From Eubacteriales bacterium (lineage in GTDB: Bacteria > Bacillota > Clostridia > Christensenellales > CAG-917), in the NCBI GenBank assembly GCA_035449045.1, contig DAOTKC010000004.1, forward strand, positions 4,414 to 68,413: a stretch of DNA of 64,000 nt. The letters run 5' to 3'. The notes under the pieces were generated by a model that saw nothing but the letters and a program-made list of their open reading frames with translations, made no database searches and was not told the DNA's origin. Made by a program: the position numbers and the translations under genes. Position 1 is the first letter of the stretch. The number at the start of each line of letters is the position of its first letter. Positions 16,599-27,047 of the stretch are shown here, one piece after another.

Positions 16599-16627
16599 TT
16601 GCCAATATGTTTATTATATGATATAAT
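16599..16627 (+). promoter_or_regulatory. predicted gyrB promoter: TTGCCA-17-(TGa)TATAAT
   Basis: TTGCCA at 16599-16604, TATAAT at 16622-16627, with an extended -10 TG at 16619-16620. This implies an about 270-nt leader. Confidence 0.5.
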
Positions 16628-16768
16628 ACTCTATAATTATATTATCTTAAATATGTGCGCGTGCATACGCGCGGGCAATTTTTTAGCTACGCAGCGGCAG
16701 ACAAGGATTAACCCGCGCAATATAACGGCATAAATGATACTAACGAACAGTTAAACGAAGAGCCTTAA

Positions 16769-16895
16769 CCAAGCTAAAAACCAAGCTAAAAACCAAGCTA
16801 AAAAATCAAGCTAAAAAATCAAGCTAAAAAATCAAGCTAAAAAATCAAGCTAAAAAACCAAGCTAAAAACCGAGGTAAAAAGCCGAGGTTAAGGA
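16769..16895 (+). repeat. tandem 12/13-bp array: eight CCAAGCTAAAAA / TCAAGCTAAAAAA units plus two degenerate CCGAGGT units, ending in the gyrB SD
   Basis: AAGCTAAAAA starts at 16771, 16783, 16795, 16808, 16821, 16834, 16847 and 16860. These are followed by CCGAGGTAAAAAG and CCGAGGTTAAGGAG. Confidence 0.95.
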
Positions 16896-16901
16896 GCATA
16901 A

Positions 16902-18827
<1,926 letters not shown>

Positions 18828-18835
18828 GAGATATT

Positions 18836-21379
18836 ATGTCCAAAAATCAAGACAAAGACAGAGAATATATCGAGCATCTATCTAAATCCAACATCGTCAA
18901 GGTCAAAGTCGATGACGAGATGAAAAAATCCTTCATCGCCTACGCCATGGCGGTCAACGTTTCGCGCGCCATTCCCGATGTGCGCGACGGCCTTAAGCCC
19001 GTTCACAGAAGGATTCTCTATTCCATGAGCGAGCTCAATCTGACCTCGGACAAGCCTTACCGCAAATGCGCGCTCATAGTGGGCGACGTGCTCGGCAAAT
19101 ACCACCCCCACGGCGACTCCTCCGTCTATGAAGCCCTCGTCAGGATGGCGCAGGACTTTTCGATACGCTGCCCCCTCGTCGACGGGCACGGCAACTTCGG
19201 CTCGGTGGACGGCGACCCGGCCGCGGCATACCGCTATACCGAGGCTAAGCTCAGTAAAATCGCCTCCGAGATGATAAGGGACATCGAAAAAAACACCGTC
19301 GATTTTTATCCCAACTTCGACAACACCAAGGACCAGCCCTCGGTGCTGCCCGCGCGCTTCCCCAACCTTTTGGTCAACGGCTCCGACGGCATAGCAGTCG
19401 GCATGGCGACGTCGATACCGCCTCACAACTTGGGCGAGGTGATTGACGGCACCGTCGCGCTCATCGACAACCCCGACATCGAAATAGCCGACCTCATGGA
19501 ATACATTCCCGCGCCCGACTATCCCACCGCCGCCGTCGTCCTCGGGCGGGCGGCCATCCGCCAAGCTTACATGACCGGCCGCGGGGGCGCAGTTATCCGC
19601 GCCCGCGCCGAAATCGAGGAAAGCCCAAACGGCAGAAGCCGGATTGTCGTCACAGAACTTCCCTACCAAGTCAACAAAGCCAAGCTCATTGAAACGATAG
19701 CCGACCAGGTCAAGGATAAGCGCCTCGAGGGAATTTCCGACATCAGCGAGGAATCCGACCGCTCGGGCATGCGGATTGTCATTGAAATAAAGCGCGATGC
19801 CAATCCCAACGTCGTCCTCAACACCCTCTACAAGCAGACCAACATGCAGATAACCAACAGCATTATTTTGCTTGCCTTGGTGGACGGCGTGCCCCGCATC
19901 TTAAATTTGAAGCAGATGCTTCAATACTATATCGAGCATCAGGAGCAGGTCGTCATCCGCCGCACCCGCTTCGACCTCGACAAAGCGCAGGAGCGTGAGC
20001 ACATCATTCACGGCCTTGTTATCGCGCTCGACAACATCGACGCCGTCATTGAAACGATTAAGGCCTCGCCCGACCGCGCCGCCGCCATGACAAACCTGAT
20101 GGAGGGCTTCGCGCTCTCCGAAAAGCAGGCCGCGGCCGTCCTCGATATGCGCTTGCAGCGGCTTACCGGCCTCGAAGTGGGCAAACTTAAAGAGGAGCTC
20201 GTCGAGCTCGAAGGGCAAATCGAGTATTTCAAGGGCATTTTAGCCTCGCCCGAAAAGGTGCGCGATATAATAAAGACCGAACTTCTCGAAATCAAGGAAA
20301 AATACGGCACGCCTCGCCGCTCCGAGCTTTCCTACGACTACACCGAGCTCAACATAGCCGATTTAATTGAGCGGCAGGACATCGTGGTGTCGCTGACTCA
20401 CCTCGGATATATCAAGCGCATGCCCGTTTCGGAATACCGCAGCCAGAACCGCGGCGGCACCGGCATGCAGGCCCACAAGCCCAAGGAAGACGACTTCGTC
20501 GAAAGCATGTTCATCACCAATACCCACAAATATATTCTCTTTTTCACCAACTTGGGCAAGGTCTACCGCATGATGGGCTACGAGATTCCCGAAGCGGCGA
20601 GAACGGCGAGAGGGCGCGCCATCGTAAATCTTCTTCAGCTTGCCGAAAACGAGAAAGTGACGGCCATGCTCCGCCATCAGGAAAATCAGACGGGCTACCT
20701 CATGCTTGCCACCAAAAACGGCAAAATTAAAAAGACCGACCTTAAAGAGTTCGAGAGCATTAGGACCAACGGCAAAATCGCCATCGTGCTCGCACCCGAC
20801 GACGAGCTGGTTGCGGCGGCGGTGACGGCGGGCGACGAGGAGATTATTCTGGCATCCAGCTCGGGCAAATGCATCCGCTTTAAAGAGGAAGACGTCCGCG
20901 ATATGGGCCGCGTCGCACAGGGCGTCAAGAGCATTAAATTGAAAGAGGGCGAAAGCGTCGTCGATATGGCGGTCATCAAGGAGGATTGCGAAATTTTGAC
21001 CGTCACCCAAAACGGCTTCGGCAAACGCACCGACCAAAACGAATACCGCGTTCAGGGCCGCGCCGGCATGGGTATTCTCGCCGGACGCTTCAGCGAGGAG
21101 ACGGGCGGGCTGGTCTGCCTTAAGGTGATTCCGCCCGACACCGACATCATGCTGATTGCCGATAACGGCGTCATGATCCGCATCAAGGCGCGCGATATCA
21201 GCAAAATCGGCCGCGCCACCAAGGGCGTCATCATAATGCGCCTTAAAAACGACAGCAAGGTTATCTGCGTCGCGCTGACTCCCGCCGAAGAAGAGGACGA
21301 AAACGCCGAAAACGGCGAGGCAGTCGAAACGGCTGCGGAGGAAACGGCGAGCGAAGAATCGGCTGCGCCGAACGAATAA
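18836..21379 (+). CDS. gyrA: DNA gyrase subunit A, with an acidic C-terminal tail
   Basis: [46 protein letters not shown]; GyrA-box/beta-pinwheel C-terminus; tail [24 protein letters not shown]. Confidence 0.97.
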   Translation: MSKNQDKDREYIEHLSKSNIVKVKVDDEMKKSFIAYAMAVNVSRAIPDVRDGLKPVHRRILYSMSELNLTSDKPYRKCALIVGDVLGKYHPHGDSSVYEALVRMAQDFSIRCPLVDGHGNFGSVDGDPAAAYRYTEAKLSKIASEMIRDIEKNTVDFYPNFDNTKDQPSVLPARFPNLLVNGSDGIAVGMATSIPPHNLGEVIDGTVALIDNPDIEIADLMEYIPAPDYPTAAVVLGRAAIRQAYMTGRGGAVIRARAEIEESPNGRSRIVVTELPYQVNKAKLIETIADQVKDKRLEGISDISEESDRSGMRIVIEIKRDANPNVVLNTLYKQTNMQITNSIILLALVDGVPRILNLKQMLQYYIEHQEQVVIRRTRFDLDKAQEREHIIHGLVIALDNIDAVIETIKASPDRAAAMTNLMEGFALSEKQAAAVLDMRLQRLTGLEVGKLKEELVELEGQIEYFKGILASPEKVRDIIKTELLEIKEKYGTPRRSELSYDYTELNIADLIERQDIVVSLTHLGYIKRMPVSEYRSQNRGGTGMQAHKPKEDDFVESMFITNTHKYILFFTNLGKVYRMMGYEIPEAARTARGRAIVNLLQLAENEKVTAMLRHQENQTGYLMLATKNGKIKKTDLKEFESIRTNGKIAIVLAPDDELVAAAVTAGDEEIILASSSGKCIRFKEEDVRDMGRVAQGVKSIKLKEGESVVDMAVIKEDCEILTVTQNGFGKRTDQNEYRVQGRAGMGILAGRFSEETGGLVCLKVIPPDTDIMLIADNGVMIRIKARDISKIGRATKGVIIMRLKNDSKVICVALTPAEEEDENAENGEAVETAAEETASEESAAPNE

Positions 21380-21454
21380 CGAAAAACTTTGGATAGCGGC
21401 GCGGTGCGCCCGAACGAAAAATTAATAATTAGTAATAATAATGAATAACTTCGG
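21361..21454. repeat. dispersed intergenic repeat family, locus D (A-rich orientation), overlapping the gyrA stop codon
   Basis: GGCTGCGCCGAACGAATAACGAAAAACTTTGGATAGCGGCGCGGTGCGCCCGAACGAAAAATTAATAATTAGTAATAATAATGAATAAC aligns with loci A and C. Confidence 0.75.
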
Positions 21455-21459
21455 AAAGA

Positions 21460-21491
21460 AAAAATTCCGCGAAAACAGCGGAATTTTTTTA
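21460..21491 (+). terminator. gyrA terminator
   Basis: AATTCCGC-GAAAACA-GCGGAATTTTTTT. Confidence 0.8.
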
Positions 21492-21528
21492 TTGAAAACC
21501 GAAGGTAAAATTTTTAAGCAATGACGAG

Positions 21529-22800
21529 TTATAGATAATTGTTGAGGCTTTCGAGGTCTTTTTCGATGAAGTCGAACAGCTTATTCACCGTCGCTTCGTC
21601 GCGCGCCGTGCCCGATATTGCAACGCAGAGCGTGACGACGCCGCGATAAGTCGAGAGTGAAAGCTGGAAATATGGGGGATATTTGACCGAGCCCGTCAGC
21701 CAAAGGCTTTTTGCCGGCTTTTCAAAAACGGCGGCCGTCTCGTCGAAGACGCCGATGTTGGACATCGCGACGAGCGGATTGTTGAACACCTTGCGCATGA
21801 CGAGCTTGGCAAGCCCGTAAGGGAGAAGCGAATAGCCGAGCTGAAGCAGAAAGAGTCCGTTTAGGCCGGGATATTTCGACTTACTTATTATCATTTCGTC
21901 GTGCACCTTGCGGACTGCCGCCATGATGTCTTCGGCGGGGCTGCCTTCGGCGCGGCAGACCATCTTGGAGACAAAATTTGTGAGCCCCTTGGTCTTTTTC
22001 TCGGGAAGATAGCGGCGAAGATCTATGATACAGTCGATTTCAAGCGGCGCGGAAGAGCCCTCGGTGAGCCTCGCCATGGCGCGAGCGTATGCGGCCAAAA
22101 TGACGTCGTTCACCGTAAAGCCGTATTTTTTGGAAAAGGCCTTGAGGGCGGTAAATCGTCCGTTATCTATTGCTCTTGTCAAAATCATGGGCGAGCCGTA
22201 GACGGCCTTTTCAAAGGGGAAGCCGCGCTTCTCGGCGTTCTTTTTGCCGTAATCGACCATGGCGGCCGACTTGATTTTGTCGCTCAGCGAAAAGCCGTCA
22301 TAGAGCTCGGAAAATTTTCTCGAGCCGCTCGTAAAGGAATCCTTATAATTAGGATTATACTTTAAGTTGGTGTAGCACCTTGAAAGCAACGCCAGCCACT
22401 CCTTGAAGGCGGCGCCGTCGAACAGCATGTGGTTGATTAAAAAACAGACGGTGTCGCTCTCCTCTCCTCTGAATATGGCGATTTTAACTTGCGGGCCTTT
22501 CTTTTCGGCGATTTTGGAGGTTAAAAATCTCTCTTTGTCGGAAAGCTCGGCGCCCTCTATGACTTGAACGGCGTCCTCGGGCGCAAGGTCGGTTTCCACC
22601 CACTTGCTCCTAAAAAGCCCCGCCCGAAAACGAGTTAAAAAGAGCGGGAAAACCTCCGTAGCGGCGGCGAAAGCGCGCTTAAAAAGCTCTATATCAAGTT
22701 TGCCGTCGGTCTCCAGGACGGCGTGCATCATATGGTCGTTGTAATCGCCGAAAAATTTGTGAATGGTGTCCCAAAGCTCGGCTTTATAAGTTTTTTTCAT
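21529..22800 (-). CDS. stand-alone condensation-domain-like acyltransferase (HxxxDG family)
   Basis: 423 aa. It has an INHMLFDGAAF motif (HxxxDG) about 120 aa from the N-terminus, as in NRPS C-domains and PapA5-type acyltransferases. No adjacent carrier or adenylation genes. Confidence 0.55.
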   Translation of the reverse strand: MKKTYKAELWDTIHKFFGDYNDHMMHAVLETDGKLDIELFKRAFAAATEVFPLFLTRFRAGLFRSKWVETDLAPEDAVQVIEGAELSDKERFLTSKIAEKKGPQVKIAIFRGEESDTVCFLINHMLFDGAAFKEWLALLSRCYTNLKYNPNYKDSFTSGSRKFSELYDGFSLSDKIKSAAMVDYGKKNAEKRGFPFEKAVYGSPMILTRAIDNGRFTALKAFSKKYGFTVNDVILAAYARAMARLTEGSSAPLEIDCIIDLRRYLPEKKTKGLTNFVSKMVCRAEGSPAEDIMAAVRKVHDEMIISKSKYPGLNGLFLLQLGYSLLPYGLAKLVMRKVFNNPLVAMSNIGVFDETAAVFEKPAKSLWLTGSVKYPPYFQLSLSTYRGVVTLCVAISGTARDEATVNKLFDFIEKDLESLNNYL

Positions 22801-23061
22801 ATCGGCTCCTTGTATATAATGTGTTTATATATCAATACTGTCATTATATTATTGCTGTTTATGTTCTGTCAAGCCGTAAAAGCCCTTTTTTAAGAAAATT
22901 TTCGTCTTTTATATGTCTTTCGAATTAAAAACCAAATAAAAAATCTGTTTTTTTGCAGGTAAAATAAACTTAACTTAGACAAGTGTCGATAAAATATTGT
23001 TTTTTTTAGTGCCTCGTGGTAATATGATTATGCTTTTAAAACAATTTTAAGGCGGAGAGAT

Positions 23062-24747
23062 ATGGAGAAATCAAACGTTCAATGGTGGAAAGAGGCCTGC
23101 TTTTATCAGATTTGGCCGAGAAGCTTCAAAGACGGCAACAATGACGGCATCGGCGACCTTAAGGGAATTTTGGAAAAGCTTCCCTATATCAAGGAGTTGG
23201 GCTGCGACGCCATTTGGTTTTCGCCGCTCTACGTTTCGCCGCAAAGCGACTACGGTTACGACATAGCCGACTACCGCGACATCGCGCCCGAATACGGCAC
23301 TCTCGACGATTTCAAGGCGGTTTTGGACGCTGCGCACGCACTCGGAATCAAGGTCATAATGGACCTCGTCATTAACCACACATCCAACAAGCACCGCTGG
23401 TTTTTGGAAAGCAGAAAAGGCGGCGACGACAACCCTTATAAGGATTATTATATTTGGCGCCCCGGCAAGGGAAAAGACGGCAAGAAAAAGCCCAACAATT
23501 GGACGGCGACCTTCCCCGGCGAGGCGTGGGAATTCGACGAAGTTCGCGGCGAATATTACCTCCACCTTTTCGCTGTCGAGCAGCCCGACCTCAACATGGA
23601 CAACCCCAAGGTCCGAGAAGAGGTCAAGGACATCATGCGCTTTTGGCTGGATATGGGTGTCGACGGCTTCCGCGAGGACGTCATCACTTTCATAAGCAAG
23701 CGTGAAGGCCTGCCCAACGGCTTTCCCATTCCCGCCGCGCGCGGCATCGAGCACTACGCAAACGGCCCGCACCTTCACGAATACCTGAAAGAATTTAAGG
23801 AAGTTTGGGCAAGCTACGGCGCCATGACGGTGGGTGAGGCGCCCATGATGACGCCCAAACGCGCTCTCAAGTTCATATCCGAAGGCGAAAATCAGGAGCT
23901 CAACATGATGTTCGGCTTCCAGCACATGGAGGCGGATTGTTTCTTGTTCAGCTGGCTGAGGCGCCCCTTCAACCTCAGAAAATTAAAGAGGGTTCTCAAT
24001 AATTGGCAGACCAAGCTCTACGGCAAGGCGTGGAACACATTGTTTATCGAAAACCATGACCAGCCGCGCATCGTTTCGCGCTACGGCTGCGACCACGAGG
24101 CCTACCGCGCGCTGAGCGCCAAGGCGCTTGCCACCATGTATCTCTTGCTTTCGGGTACTCCCTTCATCTATCAAGGGCAGGAAATCGGCATGACCAACAT
24201 CGGCGGCGAAAAGCTCTCCGACTACGCCGACGTCAACACCTTCGCCTGCTATCGGCTTTTTAGAAAGCTGGGCTTCTCCCACGAGAACGTCATGGCAAAG
24301 GCCGCCTACGCCGCCCGCGACAACGCCAGAACGCCGGTGCAATGGAGCGCAGGTAAATACGCCGGATTTTCTAAATCCGAACCGTGGTTCCGCGTTAACC
24401 CCAACCATAAAAAAGTTAACGTCGAAGACGCCTTAAACAACGAAAACAGCATTTTAAACTACTATAAAGAGCTGATAAAGTTCCGAAAAGGAAATAAAAC
24501 GGTGCTTTACGGCGACTTTATCCTCCACAACAAATTCAGTAAAAAGCTGTTCGTCTACGAAAGAAACTACCTCGGTGAAAAGCTTTTGGTCGCCATAAAC
24601 TTCACTACATGCGACGTCCCCTTTGTTGCCCCAAAGGGCATTGACTTAAACGGGGGCAAGCTTATTATCAGCAACTATCCTCACGCCGAAAATGAGCCCG
24701 CGCCCGTAAGCCTGCGCCCCTACGAAGCCGTTGTCTTTAAGTTCTAA
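23062..24747 (+). CDS. GH13 alpha-glucosidase / oligo-1,6-glucosidase family
   Basis: WWKEACFYQIWPRSFKDGNNDGIGDLKG, DLVINHTS, GVDGFREDV, FIENHDQPR conserved regions. Confidence 0.9.
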   Translation: MEKSNVQWWKEACFYQIWPRSFKDGNNDGIGDLKGILEKLPYIKELGCDAIWFSPLYVSPQSDYGYDIADYRDIAPEYGTLDDFKAVLDAAHALGIKVIMDLVINHTSNKHRWFLESRKGGDDNPYKDYYIWRPGKGKDGKKKPNNWTATFPGEAWEFDEVRGEYYLHLFAVEQPDLNMDNPKVREEVKDIMRFWLDMGVDGFREDVITFISKREGLPNGFPIPAARGIEHYANGPHLHEYLKEFKEVWASYGAMTVGEAPMMTPKRALKFISEGENQELNMMFGFQHMEADCFLFSWLRRPFNLRKLKRVLNNWQTKLYGKAWNTLFIENHDQPRIVSRYGCDHEAYRALSAKALATMYLLLSGTPFIYQGQEIGMTNIGGEKLSDYADVNTFACYRLFRKLGFSHENVMAKAAYAARDNARTPVQWSAGKYAGFSKSEPWFRVNPNHKKVNVEDALNNENSILNYYKELIKFRKGNKTVLYGDFILHNKFSKKLFVYERNYLGEKLLVAINFTTCDVPFVAPKGIDLNGGKLIISNYPHAENEPAPVSLRPYEAVVFKF

Positions 24748-24825
24748 TTGCTTATTAACGCCTTTCGCAAAAATTTATAGCTCATACCTAATCGGGCAAC
24801 AAAAAACCAACCGCAAAACTAAGCA

Positions 24826-24860
24826 CAAAAAAAATCCCGCACCGTTGCGGGATTTTTTGT
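24826..24860. terminator. bidirectional terminator between the convergent GH13 genes
   Basis: AAAAAAAATCCCGC-ACCGTT-GCGGGATTTTTT. Confidence 0.8.
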
Positions 24861-24894
24861 CATTTTTTAAAGAGTTTCAGCAATAAAACATTGA

Positions 24895-26580
24895 TTATTC
24901 TTTATAGCTATATTCGTAAACGAACGTTTCGTAGGGCTTTAAAAACCTGTCGGAGATTTTTTCGGAATCGTCCAAATCATAATTCGACATGACGAGTTTG
25001 AAGCCGGAGGCCTTCTTCTTCAGCTCCTCAGGCAAGGCGAAAGCGGTCGGCTTGTCTCTAAAGCTTGCCGCAACTAAGTAGCCTTTTCCTTGATATTCGC
25101 GGGTGTAGACGAATATATCATCGCTCTTAGGGTAGAACTCGTTATAGCTTCCGCATTTTATTATCTCGTTGCCGAGCCTGAAACGGTTGAGCTTTTTATA
25201 GAAGTTCAAGACCGAGTCGGCGTCTTTTTGAGCCTCCTCTACGTTTATCTCCTTATAGTTCGGGTTCACCATCATCCACGGCTCGACGTCGGAAAAACCG
25301 GCGTATTTACCTGCGCTCCATTGCATCGGCGTTCTGGCGTGGTCGCGGGCGCGCTTCTGAAGCGCCCATCTGACGACGGGAAGCAGCGGCGGGAACAGTT
25401 TTTTGACGAAGTCGTAGACGTTAATCGAAACGATATCCTTGTAATCCTCGCGCTTAAAGTCGGCGATATTGGTCATGCCTATTTCCTGACCCTGATAGAT
25501 ATAGGGCGTGCCCTTTTGAAAGTTCATGACTACCGCCAGCATCTTGGCGACCTGCTTTCGGTGTTCAAGCTTGCCGTAGCGCGGAATGACGCGCGAATAG
25601 TCGTGGTTTTCCAAAAACAGCGAGTTCCAGCAGTTGTCGGGAATGCGCTGCCAGCTCGAAAGAATCTTTTTAAAGCGCGACAGCTTGAATTTCCGCGGCA
25701 CCACGTGGAGGAAAGCGTCGGCCTCCTGGTGCTCGAAGGTGAAGATGGCGTCGAGCTCCTCGCGGTCTTCGGCGACCATGCTCTCGGCGTCCTTAACGGT
25801 GATGCCCTGTCCCTCGCCCACCGTCATGATGTCGTATTTCGACCAGCTGTTTTTATTTAATTCATGGATATATTCGTGATAGTGCGGCCCGATTACGAAT
25901 TTTTCGTCGCCGCAGGTGATGGGGTTGAACTTGCCATCGGGGAGCCCTTCCGTTTTGGATATGTAAATTATGACGTCGCAGCGGAAGCCGTCGACGCCGA
26001 GGTCGAGCCAGTAGTTGCAGATGTCGGCGACCTCCTGCCGCACCTTGGGGTTGTCCCAGTTCAAATCGGGCTGTTTTTTGCTGAATAAGTGGAGATACCA
26101 CTCGCCCGTTGTCTCGTCGTATTCCCACGCCGGCCCCGAAAAGCGCGAAGTCCAGTTGTTGGGCGGCTTTTTACCGTCCTTGCCTCTGCCGGGACGCCAA
26201 ATGTAGTAGTCGCGGTAGGGGTTGTCCTTGCTTTTTTTGGACTCCTGAAACCAAAAATGCTCGTCCGAGGTGTGGTTGACGACCAAGTCCATAATCAGGC
26301 GGATGCCGCGCTTGTGCATGCCGTCAATCATCTCCTTCCAGTCGTCCAGCGTGCCGAATTCCTCCATTATGTCGCGGTAGTCGGAGATGTCGTAGCCGTT
26401 GTCGTCGTTGGGGGATTTATAACACGGCGAAAGCCAAACCGCCGTTACGCCGAGATCCTTTAAGTAGTCGAGCTTTTCGATGATGCCGCGGATATCGCCG
26501 ACGCCGTCACCGTTGCTGTCGCGAAAGCTTCTCGGGTAAATCTGATAAAAAATGCTGTCCTTATACCATCTGGTCTTCAT
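24895..26580 (-). CDS. GH13 alpha-glucosidase / oligo-1,6-glucosidase family (paralog)
   Basis: WYKDSIFYQIYPRSFRDSNGDGVGDIRG, DLVVNHTS, GVDGFRCDV, FLENHD. Start is set at the ATG at 26580 (MKTRWYK), behind GGAGGAG. The track ORF starts 10 codons earlier. Confidence 0.9.
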   Translation of the reverse strand: MKTRWYKDSIFYQIYPRSFRDSNGDGVGDIRGIIEKLDYLKDLGVTAVWLSPCYKSPNDDNGYDISDYRDIMEEFGTLDDWKEMIDGMHKRGIRLIMDLVVNHTSDEHFWFQESKKSKDNPYRDYYIWRPGRGKDGKKPPNNWTSRFSGPAWEYDETTGEWYLHLFSKKQPDLNWDNPKVRQEVADICNYWLDLGVDGFRCDVIIYISKTEGLPDGKFNPITCGDEKFVIGPHYHEYIHELNKNSWSKYDIMTVGEGQGITVKDAESMVAEDREELDAIFTFEHQEADAFLHVVPRKFKLSRFKKILSSWQRIPDNCWNSLFLENHDYSRVIPRYGKLEHRKQVAKMLAVVMNFQKGTPYIYQGQEIGMTNIADFKREDYKDIVSINVYDFVKKLFPPLLPVVRWALQKRARDHARTPMQWSAGKYAGFSDVEPWMMVNPNYKEINVEEAQKDADSVLNFYKKLNRFRLGNEIIKCGSYNEFYPKSDDIFVYTREYQGKGYLVAASFRDKPTAFALPEELKKKASGFKLVMSNYDLDDSEKISDRFLKPYETFVYEYSYKE

Positions 26581-26642
26581 AACTCCTCCCAAACGTTGTT
26601 CTTCTTTCAATTATAAGCCATATCCCGCCGTCTGTCAAAGCG

Positions 26643-26799
26643 CTGCGGATAGCGGCTTACGCCGAACGATAAACGCTCAACGAAAAACGAAAAACTGCGG
26701 ATAGCGGTTTACGCCGAACGGCTTACGCCGAACGGCTTACGCCGAACGATAAACGCTCAACAAAAAACGAAAACCTGCGGATAGCGGCGCAAGCGCCAA
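26643..26799. repeat. dispersed intergenic repeat family, locus A (A-rich orientation; 2.5 tandem units with an internal 3x GGCTTACGCCGAAC)
   Basis: CTGCGGATAGCGGCTTACGCCGAACGATAAACGCTCAACGAAAAACGAAAAA is repeated. Confidence 0.9.
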
Positions 26800-27047
26800 A
26801 TAAAACTAAAATTGCGCGTGGGCAGTAACACCGCCCTGTGCCATTTATAACCCGAAATTGAAGAGGCCGCCTAATAATAAGAACATCGGGCGGCCTCTTC
26901 AAAATATGATAAGGGGGAAAATTATGAGCTGATATAATCAATCTTTAATTACAAGCAAATTTTAACATTAGCCAAAATGTTTGTCAAGAAGTTTTGTTAA
27001 AAAAGTTGCAAAAAATTTTGTTATAGTTTAAAAAAGCCGCATTTTCC

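Noticed and set aside
18878-21258. Several long minus-strand ORFs opposite gyrA (263 aa, 224 aa and others)
   Set aside because: These are shadow ORFs of a highly expressed essential gene. They have no start context and no motifs.
23071-26463. Long antisense ORFs inside both GH13 genes (284 aa, 256 aa); two of them share the peptide KTGVFTCAPLHRRSGVVAG
   Set aside because: The shared peptide is simply the antisense reading of the conserved RTP(V/M)QWSAGKYAGFS block present in both paralogs. It is not evidence of an antisense gene.
26723-26941. 72-aa ORF, plus the similar 28356..28538 ORF, both containing ...R(R/S)FSFFVER(L/F)SFG...
   Set aside because: The shared peptide is a translation of the dispersed DNA repeat (GTTTTTCGTTTTTCGTTGAGCG). 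The repeats occur in both orientations and in tandem, which fits a non-coding element rather than a gene family.
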